A stretch of 64,000 nucleotides of DNA from Candidatus Freyarchaeum deiterrae (lineage in GTDB: Archaea; Asgardarchaeota; Jordiarchaeia; Jordiarchaeales; Jordiarchaeaceae), in the NCBI GenBank assembly GCA_037305845.1, contig CP147778.1, forward strand, positions 768,001 to 832,000, written 5' to 3'. Below are positions 19,850-28,579 of this stretch, piece by piece. Every line of letters starts with the position of its first letter. The first letter of the stretch is position 1. The notes below the pieces were generated by a model. It searched no databases, was not told the origin of the DNA, and saw only the letters and a program-made list of their open reading frames with translations. Made by a program: the position numbers and the translations under genes.

Positions 19850-19927
19850 GACAAAACCATCCTTCAGTTTAGCTTTATTTTATTAATTCTCATTTCTCCG
19901 CCATTTCGATTAAACCAGTTGGTGCTG

Positions 19928-21175
19928 TTAGCTCTTTTTTGTTAACTCTTTTATTATTTTCTTTTTTATTTCTACTATCTTCAACTTTGCAAGCTCTTCG
20001 TTTTCGGAGTACGCCACCAGAATTGCTTGCTTTTTTCCCTTAACTGGAAAAGGCGGTGCCGCGACACCATCGAGCCCCGCAATTATTCTCAATTTATCCT
20101 TATCCATTTTTATAGTATCCGGAAGCTCTACTTTTTTGAAGTAAGCGCACCCCTCGAGGTTAACTTTTGACGGTAAAATTTTACTAGTAACCGCTTCAGA
20201 TATCATCCTCGCAACGTTTTGCTTAAGAACTCTTCTCAAACCCAAATAAGAGGTTGTGAGACGCGGATTAACTTCCAGAATCGTTACCTCATCCTCGGAA
20301 AGTATGAGATCCACTCCCGCGTATCCCTGTAGCCCTTCGATATTTTCGACAAGGGTTTTCACAGCCTCAAAGGCCTTCTCCCTTAATCTGTGTTTTAGAG
20401 GAAGGTATCCTCCCTCGTACTTGGATTCCTCTAATGGGGATTTCATTCTCATGAACTGGAAATTTAGAGACAGGGGAAAGCCGGTTTCTCCATTCGAGAT
20501 TAAGCTAACGCTCCCATCCAAGCCCTTTACGAATTCTTCTAAGAGGAACACATCACATTTACTTACGCTACGAATCTTTTCTACGGCTGGTGGGATTTCA
20601 TTGCTTTTTGTTACGAGACTCATTCCCTCGCTTCCAGCGCCGTCTAAAACCTTAAAGACCACAGGATATCCTATGTCGCTAGCCATTTTTTCGATGTTGG
20701 AAATGGAAGCTTTGATTTTTGGAAGTCTGTGTTTCGGTACTTTTAATCCCAGTTTTTTCGCTATTTCAAGAAGTTTGTTCTTATCGGTGGTTAGTTCTAT
20801 TGACTTGGGTAAAGGGCTAAAAAGTTCAACCCCAGAGTTAACAACTTCTGAGGCTAACGAGTAAAGCACACCGCCTGTTTCGGGTGCGATTAAAAACGCG
20901 GCGTCAACCCCGCTTAGAATTTCCCGAAGAAACATTGAATCTGAACCATGCACCACTTTGACATGATTAGCTTGCAGAGGCGGATCGAATTCAGCTATCC
21001 GGTGGTCGAGCGTAGTGTACACCTCAAAACCTGCTTTTCTGAAATCCTCAACGGCGCAGCGCAGCATAGCATAAGCTTCACCAATCAGGCTCGAAAGCTC
21101 TCCCTCAACAAAACCTCCACCAGAAAAAAATTCAAAAACCAATAATTTCAACTCAACCACCAGAACATATTTCAA
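19928..21175 (-). CDS. mfnD: ATP-grasp ligase, tyramine--L-glutamate ligase MfnD-like
   Basis: LLVFEF, IAPE, DGAGS, GYAGVD, EVNPRLTTSY; adjacent to mfnF. Confidence 0.78.
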   Translation of the reverse strand: MKYVLVVELKLLVFEFFSGGGFVEGELSSLIGEAYAMLRCAVEDFRKAGFEVYTTLDHRIAEFDPPLQANHVKVVHGSDSMFLREILSGVDAAFLIAPETGGVLYSLASEVVNSGVELFSPLPKSIELTTDKNKLLEIAKKLGLKVPKHRLPKIKASISNIEKMASDIGYPVVFKVLDGAGSEGMSLVTKSNEIPPAVEKIRSVSKCDVFLLEEFVKGLDGSVSLISNGETGFPLSLNFQFMRMKSPLEESKYEGGYLPLKHRLREKAFEAVKTLVENIEGLQGYAGVDLILSEDEVTILEVNPRLTTSYLGLRRVLKQNVARMISEAVTSKILPSKVNLEGCAYFKKVELPDTIKMDKDKLRIIAGLDGVAAPPFPVKGKKQAILVAYSENEELAKLKIVEIKKKIIKELTKKS

Positions 21176-21334
21176 GCTAAGCTACGAAGAAATCTAAAAC
21201 AATTCCCATTCTCTTAACTATCAACAAGTTTTTTAAATCAGATACACGACTCCAGCTTAAAAAAATTTACAACTCTTTTAAACTTTTAAAGAAAAAGTTT
21301 ATCTGTCTGAAGTATTTACGCTCTTTCAATCCGA

Positions 21335-22075
21335 ATGGTGTTTGGTATGAGAGTAATACCAGTAATAGATATGTTAAAGGGAGAAGCTGTTCAGGCCATA
21401 AGGGGAGAGCGGCAGAAATATCAGCCCTTAAAAACAGTTCTAGCTCCCTCTTCGGATCCCACGGATATTGCAATAGCTTTTCAAGAGTCTTTTGGTTTCA
21501 ATGAGCTTTATATAGCGGATTTGGATGCAATAATGGGCACCGTATCAAACCTTGAGGTAATCAAAAAAATTTCTGATACCACCGATTTGAAACTTATTGT
21601 GGATGCAGGGGTAAACAATCCCAGAGATGCGAGGCGAATTTTGAAGGCGGGCGCAGAAAAAGTGATTATTGCCACTGAAACATTGAGTTCAATTAAACAG
21701 CTGGGAGAGTGCGTGAAAGCGGTTGGGAAACAGAAAATTGTGGGAAGCCTTGATTATAAGGAGGAACGAATTCTCACAAAGTCAGAAGAAATAATGAAAC
21801 TAAATGTTGCTAGAGCCGCAGAAATGTTTGAGAAGAATGGAGTTAGTGAAATCATTTTCCTACAACTCTCCCGTGTGGGCACCCTACAAGGGTTAGAAAC
21901 AAAAAACCTGAAAGAAATAATTCAAACAGTCAAAATACCAGTTTTAACCGGCGGAGGAATAGAAAGCGTAAGCGAAATAATTGCTTTGCGAAATCTGGGA
22001 GTAGCCGGTGTGTTGGTTGCAACCGCGCTGCATAAGGGAAATATTCGCCCTGAAGACCTTCAAAATTTCGTATAA
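21335..22075 (+). CDS. HisA/HisF-related TIM-barrel protein (C1-cofactor associated)
   Basis: IPVIDM, GERQKYQP, LYIADLDAI, DAGV, GGGI, VATALHKG; divergent from mfnD/mfnF. Confidence 0.82.
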   Translation: MVFGMRVIPVIDMLKGEAVQAIRGERQKYQPLKTVLAPSSDPTDIAIAFQESFGFNELYIADLDAIMGTVSNLEVIKKISDTTDLKLIVDAGVNNPRDARRILKAGAEKVIIATETLSSIKQLGECVKAVGKQKIVGSLDYKEERILTKSEEIMKLNVARAAEMFEKNGVSEIIFLQLSRVGTLQGLETKNLKEIIQTVKIPVLTGGGIESVSEIIALRNLGVAGVLVATALHKGNIRPEDLQNFV

Positions 22076-22172
22076 AAACTAAATTAGAATAGTCTAAAGG
22101 GCTTCTTGCTTGTTTGATGTATTATGGCTTTGTGCGGCATGCTTATTATAATGTGTACAAGTGATATAAGTT

Positions 22173-22496
22173 GTGGACAAAATGAATGAAAAGACAATGT
22201 CTGCAAGGTTTGACCCTGAGCTGTATAAGGAAATTCTTGAATATGCCCGAGAGAAAGGCATACCTAAGACTAGGGCCCTGCGGGAATTGACGAAAGAGGG
22301 TGTGGAGAAATGGAAGCTGACGAGGGCTTTGTCCCTTTATAGAGATGGAAAAGCGACAATTTGGAAAGCATCACGTATAGCGGGGATCCCCCTCTCAAGG
22401 ATGATTGAGATCGCTTCATCCGAAAAGATCCCTATACATTTTTCAGAGGAGGATTTGGAGAGGGACTTCAAAGCCGTCTTTGGTGAAACCACTTGA
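22173..22496 (+). CDS. Antitoxin, UPF0175 family (RHH + HTH)
   Basis: ALSLYRDGKATIWKASRIAG; overlaps the downstream PIN gene. Confidence 0.8.
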   Translation: MDKMNEKTMSARFDPELYKEILEYAREKGIPKTRALRELTKEGVEKWKLTRALSLYRDGKATIWKASRIAGIPLSRMIEIASSEKIPIHFSEEDLERDFKAVFGETT

Positions 22497-23002
22497 AGAT
22501 TATCTTCAACGCTAGCCCTCTTATTTATCTGGGAAAGAAGAGAAGAATTGATCTTCTAAAAACAATGTTCGAAAAAATCATCATTCCATCGGAGGTAGAG
22601 AAAGAAATAATGAAACTCCCCGAGAGCCCTGAGGCTGTACAGTTGCGAGAAGCTATTGAAGAGGGTTGGATATTGGTGAAACAGACTTCAGAAGACGAAA
22701 CACATAAGATTGCAAAACTGTTCCCAGAGATAGATGAGGGAGAAGCCTCTGTTATAGCTTTGGCAATTGAACAGAAAACGGAAAACATCATAATTGATGA
22801 TGCTGAAGCGAGGATAGCCGCTGAATACTTTAAGCTGAAGGTTCATGTCACTTTATACATTATATTAGAGGCGTTTAAACGCAACATTCTAAAATCCAAA
22901 GCCGAAGTGAGAAGCATGGTGGATAATATGCTGAGAAGAGGCTTCTACCTTTCTACAGAGATCTACGCGAAATTTTTATATCTTTTAGACAAAAGCAATT
23001 GA
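22493..23002 (+). CDS. PIN-domain toxin (DUF3368/VapC-like)
   Basis: IFNASPLIYL, IP..V..E, DEGEASVIALA, IIDD. Confidence 0.85.
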   Translation: MKIIFNASPLIYLGKKRRIDLLKTMFEKIIIPSEVEKEIMKLPESPEAVQLREAIEEGWILVKQTSEDETHKIAKLFPEIDEGEASVIALAIEQKTENIIIDDAEARIAAEYFKLKVHVTLYIILEAFKRNILKSKAEVRSMVDNMLRRGFYLSTEIYAKFLYLLDKSN

Positions 23003-23084
23003 GCCCAAGCATATGCAACCCCCATCTGGTAGTTTCCCAAATTTAAAGAAAATTATTTTAGAGGGGAGGAACATTTAGACGATT

Positions 23085-23507
23085 ATGTCTGAGTGCTTAT
23101 TCTGTAAAATAGTCAGAGGAGAAGTAGAGTCGAAGAAGGTCTACGAAGACGATAACAACATAGCCATTCTCGATATAAATCCAAGGTTGCACGAGTGCCA
23201 AGTTTTGGTTATCTCCAGAACACACGTTAGACAGTTCTACGAGTTGAATGACGAAGAACTTGCCAGCCTCTTTAAAGCCGTCAAGGAAGTGTCGTTAATG
23301 ATTGAAAAGGCTTACAAACCGGAGTTCGTTTCAATCTTCAGTCGAGGACAGGGTGTAGCCCACGCCCACATTTTAGTGAGTCCGGCTTGGCACACCGACA
23401 TTATGCTGACGGGATTTATGTTGAATCGCATGAGTATTTTCTTCAATGCGGGAGTTTCACCGCAAGCTCTTGGTATAATAGCCGAAAAACTAAAGAACGC
23501 TAAATAG
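23085..23507 (+). CDS. HIT family protein (degenerate triad)
   Basis: CLFCKIVRGE, LDINP, GQGVAHAHIL. Confidence 0.82.
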   Translation: MSECLFCKIVRGEVESKKVYEDDNNIAILDINPRLHECQVLVISRTHVRQFYELNDEELASLFKAVKEVSLMIEKAYKPEFVSIFSRGQGVAHAHILVSPAWHTDIMLTGFMLNRMSIFFNAGVSPQALGIIAEKLKNAK

Positions 23508-23590
23508 TGCCTTGAAAAAACAAGTTTATGCAACCCTGGCTCTTCACCTGAAAAAAAGTGTGCAGTTTATCTTTTTGATTACCTGTACTT

Positions 23591-24379
23591 TCATATCATA
23601 GAATAACCGCCACTGACGCTTATGGTTTGACCTGTTATCCAACTTGAAACGTCGGATGCTAGGAAAGCCACCACGTTTGCTATGTCATCAGGCTCTCCCA
23701 ATCTGCGTATCACGTAAGCCTTTAACATTTTTTTAACCACTTCCTCACTGGAGGTCAAAGGTCCAGCTGATGGTGTTTTCGTTGTCCCGGGGCTTACGAC
23801 ATTAACGTTTATCATGTATCGTCCCAGCTCCTTGGCTAGTGCTTTCGAGAACCCTATTATGAATGCTTTAGTTCCGGAGTAGACTGCGAAGTAGGGCTCC
23901 CCAACTCTGCCCGCGTCGGAGGAGATATTTACTATTTTTCCGTATCTTCTCTCAATCATGTTTTGGATTACTGCCTTGCAACAGTTCAGGACACCATAAA
24001 CATTCACTTTTATGTCCGAATCCCAGCTTTTTACGTCCATATTAGAAAACATTCCAAAGGAACCGACCCCGGCATTATTAACAAGAATGTCGATATTCTC
24101 AAACTTCTCTAGTACATCATCCACCATGCTATTAACCGAGTCCCAATCAGTAACGTCCGCCCTAGCCTCAAGAGTTTCAACCCCGTAAGACCTCACTTCT
24201 TCAGCAACTCCTTTAATCTTTTCTTCGTCAATATCGTTTACCACAATGTTGGCGCCCTGTTTTGCAAGAGTAAGAGCAATAGACTTTCCGATTCCGCTAC
24301 CAGAACCAGTAACTATAGCTACTTTTCCCTTCAGCCCCAAATCCAAATTCATCACATCCAATTTCTTCTTTAAACTCAA
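23591..24379 (-). CDS. Short-chain dehydrogenase/reductase
   Basis: TGSGSGIG, NNAG, SS, YSGTK, PG. Confidence 0.93.
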   Translation of the reverse strand: MSLKKKLDVMNLDLGLKGKVAIVTGSGSGIGKSIALTLAKQGANIVVNDIDEEKIKGVAEEVRSYGVETLEARADVTDWDSVNSMVDDVLEKFENIDILVNNAGVGSFGMFSNMDVKSWDSDIKVNVYGVLNCCKAVIQNMIERRYGKIVNISSDAGRVGEPYFAVYSGTKAFIIGFSKALAKELGRYMINVNVVSPGTTKTPSAGPLTSSEEVVKKMLKAYVIRRLGEPDDIANVVAFLASDVSSWITGQTISVSGGYSMI

Positions 24380-24495
24380 ATTACCAATGGGATTGCTTGA
24401 AATATATTAACTTAATGCCAGCAATTATCCTACGTCTCATTGTAAAGGCTAACTTTAATAAGATTAATCGCAGCGTTGTGTCTAATGGTGATTAC

Positions 24496-25374
24496 TTGAA
24501 GATACTGGGGTTAGTTGGCAGTTACCGTAAACTCGGAAATACTGATGTACTCGTTAGAGAAGCCTTGATGAGTGCACAGGAGATGGGTGCAGATGTGGAA
24601 ATGCTCAGACTCACAGACCTTAACATTAAACCATGTAGGGGCTGTATGGCTTGCGTTTTTAAAAACGCTGATTGTAGAATAGAGGATGATGCTAACTTCT
24701 TTTTCTCAAAATTCTTTGAAGCAGATGGAATAATTCTAGGCTCTCCCATCTACATATTTGGCCCCGTTGGAATAGTTAAGATGATTATAGACCGATTCTT
24801 GCAGATCTCAACAAAATCCCAAAAGCTCGCGAATAAGGTGGGAGCAATAATCGCGATTGGAGGAGCCCCCGGAGCCGAAGGAACCATAATGCCGGGACTT
24901 GCCAGTTTCTTCACCTTCCTCGGAATCCCCATCGTGGATCAAATGCTGGCATACTCCCACGGTCCAGGCGAGATTCTACTCAACGAAGATGCAGTTGAAA
25001 AGGCGAACCAGATAGGAAGAGAGCTGGTGGAAGCCCTTGGAGATAATAGAGCCAAAACAAAATACATAAAAAATTCATCTGTGTGCCCAATATGCCACCA
25101 AAACTTTCTAGTCTTAAAGAATGGAACCCTAGAATGCGGTCTCTGCCACACCAAAGCAACCCCAAAAATAGAGCTAGGCAAACTCATTTTGGAATTCGGA
25201 AAAGCAGAATTGAAAAAGGATGAAGAGATACAGGAAGAAATAACGGGCCACATTGAAAATCTCTCCAAAACCGGTGTAAAATACCTTAAGCTCAGAGACG
25301 AAATCGATAAAAGAAAAGAAAAGTACAAAAACTTCGCAATAAAAGAGGCAAAGCCCCCTTCTTCAAATGAATAA
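24496..25374 (+). CDS. Flavodoxin-fold iron-sulfur flavoprotein / NADPH-dependent FMN reductase family, with C-terminal Zn-ribbon
   Basis: GSYRKLGNT, PCRGCMAC...C...DD, GSPIY, C-terminal CPIC..CGLC; TTG 24496 follows GGTGA RBS. Confidence 0.85.
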   Translation: MKILGLVGSYRKLGNTDVLVREALMSAQEMGADVEMLRLTDLNIKPCRGCMACVFKNADCRIEDDANFFFSKFFEADGIILGSPIYIFGPVGIVKMIIDRFLQISTKSQKLANKVGAIIAIGGAPGAEGTIMPGLASFFTFLGIPIVDQMLAYSHGPGEILLNEDAVEKANQIGRELVEALGDNRAKTKYIKNSSVCPICHQNFLVLKNGTLECGLCHTKATPKIELGKLILEFGKAELKKDEEIQEEITGHIENLSKTGVKYLKLRDEIDKRKEKYKNFAIKEAKPPSSNE

Positions 25375-25744
25375 TGCCGACTTAATGGTCTTTAAAGCTC
25401 CTTCCATTTCTCCAACTAACATAATTAAATGCCACCAAATTAAGATAAGAAGAAGGATAAAAAGAAGCAAATTGTGAAGTTTAGTAAGTTTGCCTCTGCA
25501 ATAAGGCTTTTAATAAAGTTAAATCGTAATATTTTACGATGTTTTATTCTCCAAATTGGAAATATGATTTCTTTTGGTGGATATATTGGATGAAACTGAA
25601 TCTATTAACCCTATTCAAATGTCTCTTGTTACTAGAAGTTTTCTTAATTCCAGCAATGCAGAATACCTCATCAATCCCAGTAAAGAGGAATACTATGCTT
25701 TCACCAGTGGTTGCTTGTGGCTCCAAGGAGGGTTAGAACACTGA

Positions 25745-26644
25745 TTGGTAGGAGGGTTGAAGATGTCTAAGGAAAGAAATACGAAGGGTATAATTGGAGG
25801 CGCGCTGGGAATCGTAACATCGGTTGCGGGTTTCGTATGGGTTGCGACTCTTTTGATTTTTATGTCTGATCTGATGAGCTATGCAGCCATTGTAAACTTT
25901 ATAGCTGGTTTTCCTATACCTGTCTTTGGCTTATCTGTCTTTAACGGCATCGTCGTCAGCTTAATAGTGCCCTACCCTGCTTCAGTCAACCTGACCATTA
26001 TGGCATCAATTATATTTGTGGGGTTCCTAATAGTCTTCGGTGTGATGGCCGGTCTGGGTTTTCGGTTCTACAGTGGGTCTAGTTTTTCAGCCTTCAATGC
26101 TACAGTCATCCTGAAGAGAAATTTTAGAGGGTCACTGTACTTTGCATGCAGCTTAATTGGAGCATTGATTGCTGGGACTCTAATCTTTATGGGCGGAATA
26201 TTACAGACAACAATTGTGTATAACTTTTTGATAATATATGGCTCGACGATATTCACACCGATACGTATTCCCGAGTTCCTGTACACTTGGATGGGACTGG
26301 TAGTTCTAGGCGTGGTGTTAATCATACTGGGTATGGCGACCATACGCATAAGTGGTTTGGTTAAATGGAGAGATTTCGCTATGGTTGCGGGGGTTCTGAG
26401 CATAGTCTGTGGGGCGATCTTTGGTCTACTCGTTCTCGTGGGTATAATTTACTCTACGCAGTTAGCCTATTTTGGGAATCAGCTATTAATAGCCTTCAGT
26501 TATCCAACGAATGCCAGCATGGCTGACGCAGTTAACTTTAGTTTCGAGTTCTCCGTCATGCTTTCGCTAGTGGGCTTTGGACTGCTATTCGTGGTGTCGA
26601 TCCTTTGGACAAGGATTCTCCTAGCCACCGGTTCGCCTGAATAA
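25745..26644 (+). CDS. Polytopic membrane protein, unknown function
   Basis: 6-7 hydrophobic segments. Confidence 0.7.
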   Translation: MVGGLKMSKERNTKGIIGGALGIVTSVAGFVWVATLLIFMSDLMSYAAIVNFIAGFPIPVFGLSVFNGIVVSLIVPYPASVNLTIMASIIFVGFLIVFGVMAGLGFRFYSGSSFSAFNATVILKRNFRGSLYFACSLIGALIAGTLIFMGGILQTTIVYNFLIIYGSTIFTPIRIPEFLYTWMGLVVLGVVLIILGMATIRISGLVKWRDFAMVAGVLSIVCGAIFGLLVLVGIIYSTQLAYFGNQLLIAFSYPTNASMADAVNFSFEFSVMLSLVGFGLLFVVSILWTRILLATGSPE

Positions 26645-26843
26645 TATTCTTTAATTCCCTCCTTTTTTGTAAAGACATTTTTCAAAGGTTTTGATCGAAG
26701 TACTTGTTATAATCACTGAAAAACTTGTGAGAATAAATAAAGCTGCTTTAATTAAGGGTTGCCTCTATCATTAGGCTTTTAATTAAAATCTGCGAGCTTA
26801 AGTTAAGCGTGCTTTATTTCTTCAAAATGAAACACGACTTATT

Positions 26844-28382
26844 TTGGGAGAAGGAACTAGAATGAAAAAGAAATTACTAACATTATTCATATTGGTTGCG
26901 CTATTGACAGTTTTCTCAATCCCAGCATTAAAATCTAGCAATTCGGCGCCTTTAATCCAGAATACAATATTCTCACAAATCGCTACTACCGCATCTAAAG
27001 GAGGCTCTGTGGAATTGAACGTACAAATCAATCATGCTATGGGGCTTTCTGTTGCGGTAACATTAAATGAAAGCTATATTTTCGTGGGAGGAGCCAATAT
27101 TACTAATACCTCCAGTGGGGCAACCCAACCTATGCTTTGGAAGTTCAATAATCTAGGAGGGCAAGAATGGAACACCACCGTAAACGTTACGGGAAGTATT
27201 TATAATGGCGGTTTCAATAAAGTTGCCATATCTCCTGATAATAGCTCAGTGTACGTGGTAGGGGTAAACAGCCAGCATGAGCCCATTTTGGTAAAATTTG
27301 ACGCCTCAAACGGCGGGTCCCCAATCTGGAACTACACACTCAGCGGAGAAGATTTTGGCCTATTTTTCACAGTTAAGGTTTCACCGGACAGTAATACTGT
27401 TTACGTAGCTGGAAGTAATTCTGATATATCATACCCAAGCATGTTCTATGTTAGTGCAATAAATGCCACCAACGGCATAGTTAAACCCGGTTGGCCGTAT
27501 GAGATATTCTTGAATGGTACTTACGACATTGGTTTAGCAAACGACTTGGCTTTATCACCGAGTGGTGACAAGCTATACGTGTCGGGTTATTACTCGGTTG
27601 TCAATGGAACAAGTGCCATGAAACTCGTAGCACTTGACACTTCTACCGGTTCCCAGTTATGGAATGTGACTTCTGGTGCGATGAGTAAGTTTAGTGCGAT
27701 TGACATATCTAAAGACGGAGAAAAAATTTATGCACTAGAAGACGCCCCATTATATCCACTTCCCTTTTATTATCCAACTTTTCCGGCGCAGTACACACAT
27801 TTAATCAGTATTAACACTACAGACGGAGCAGTTATAGAGGAATTACCTTTGAGCTATGAGCCCTATTTGCTTTCAGTATTTCTATGGACATCTTCAGGAT
27901 CTTTGGCTTTATCCTTTAATGAAAGCAAGCTAGACGCTGTGGCGAATAATCTTCCAGTGTTTTTGTATAATTATAATACACTTATGGTTGAAATGGACTT
28001 TTCAGGAACAGTTACTGGAGCAATTCTGGCTCCAAATAGCGAAATGATTCCTTCCGGTCTAGCACCAGCCAATGATAATAAGAGCGTATATATTGTCGGT
28101 TACCAGTACAATCTAGGGAATGGTCTAATTCCTACTATCGATTTTTCCATGTTTCTCCTGAAGGGAAGCCCTGAACCCGTTCCCTTGTCACCGTTTTTAT
28201 TGGTTCTCGAATTATCCTTTGTGAGTGCAGTATCCCAGAGTTTGGCAAATCGACTGAGCAATCCCTACGTCTTAGTCGGATTCGGAGTTGCTTTTGTTGC
28301 AATAGTGGCTATAAGTGTGATAATTCTCAGAAAAAAAAGGCAAATGATTGAGGATGTTAAAAAGGGGCCTTCTCGCTGGTAA
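26844..28382 (+). CDS. Secreted, membrane-anchored beta-propeller (PQQ/YncE-like) surface protein
   Basis: Signal peptide MKKKLLTLFILVALL; repeated ISPD/SPSGD-xx-VYV blades and G...W motifs; many N-x-S/T sequons; C-terminal TM followed by RKKR. Confidence 0.78.
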   Translation: MGEGTRMKKKLLTLFILVALLTVFSIPALKSSNSAPLIQNTIFSQIATTASKGGSVELNVQINHAMGLSVAVTLNESYIFVGGANITNTSSGATQPMLWKFNNLGGQEWNTTVNVTGSIYNGGFNKVAISPDNSSVYVVGVNSQHEPILVKFDASNGGSPIWNYTLSGEDFGLFFTVKVSPDSNTVYVAGSNSDISYPSMFYVSAINATNGIVKPGWPYEIFLNGTYDIGLANDLALSPSGDKLYVSGYYSVVNGTSAMKLVALDTSTGSQLWNVTSGAMSKFSAIDISKDGEKIYALEDAPLYPLPFYYPTFPAQYTHLISINTTDGAVIEELPLSYEPYLLSVFLWTSSGSLALSFNESKLDAVANNLPVFLYNYNTLMVEMDFSGTVTGAILAPNSEMIPSGLAPANDNKSVYIVGYQYNLGNGLIPTIDFSMFLLKGSPEPVPLSPFLLVLELSFVSAVSQSLANRLSNPYVLVGFGVAFVAIVAISVIILRKKRQMIEDVKKGPSRW

Positions 28383-28579
28383 AACCACGTAAAGCTGGCT
28401 ATCCTCAGTGTCTGAAAACGGCTTTACCAGCCTCCATTTCAGTTAAATAATAGCCTTTCATTTCCCTCTTCTTTTTTTTAACACTACTTTTCTATAACTT
28501 GTAAAAACATTGGTAAATATTATTAAAAACGCTTTATATTCCAATAGTATAATACCCTGAGATTAGATTTAATTTAGGA

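Noticed and set aside
25539-25736. Short ORFs on both strands
   Set aside because: No motifs or convincing RBS; cannot be supported
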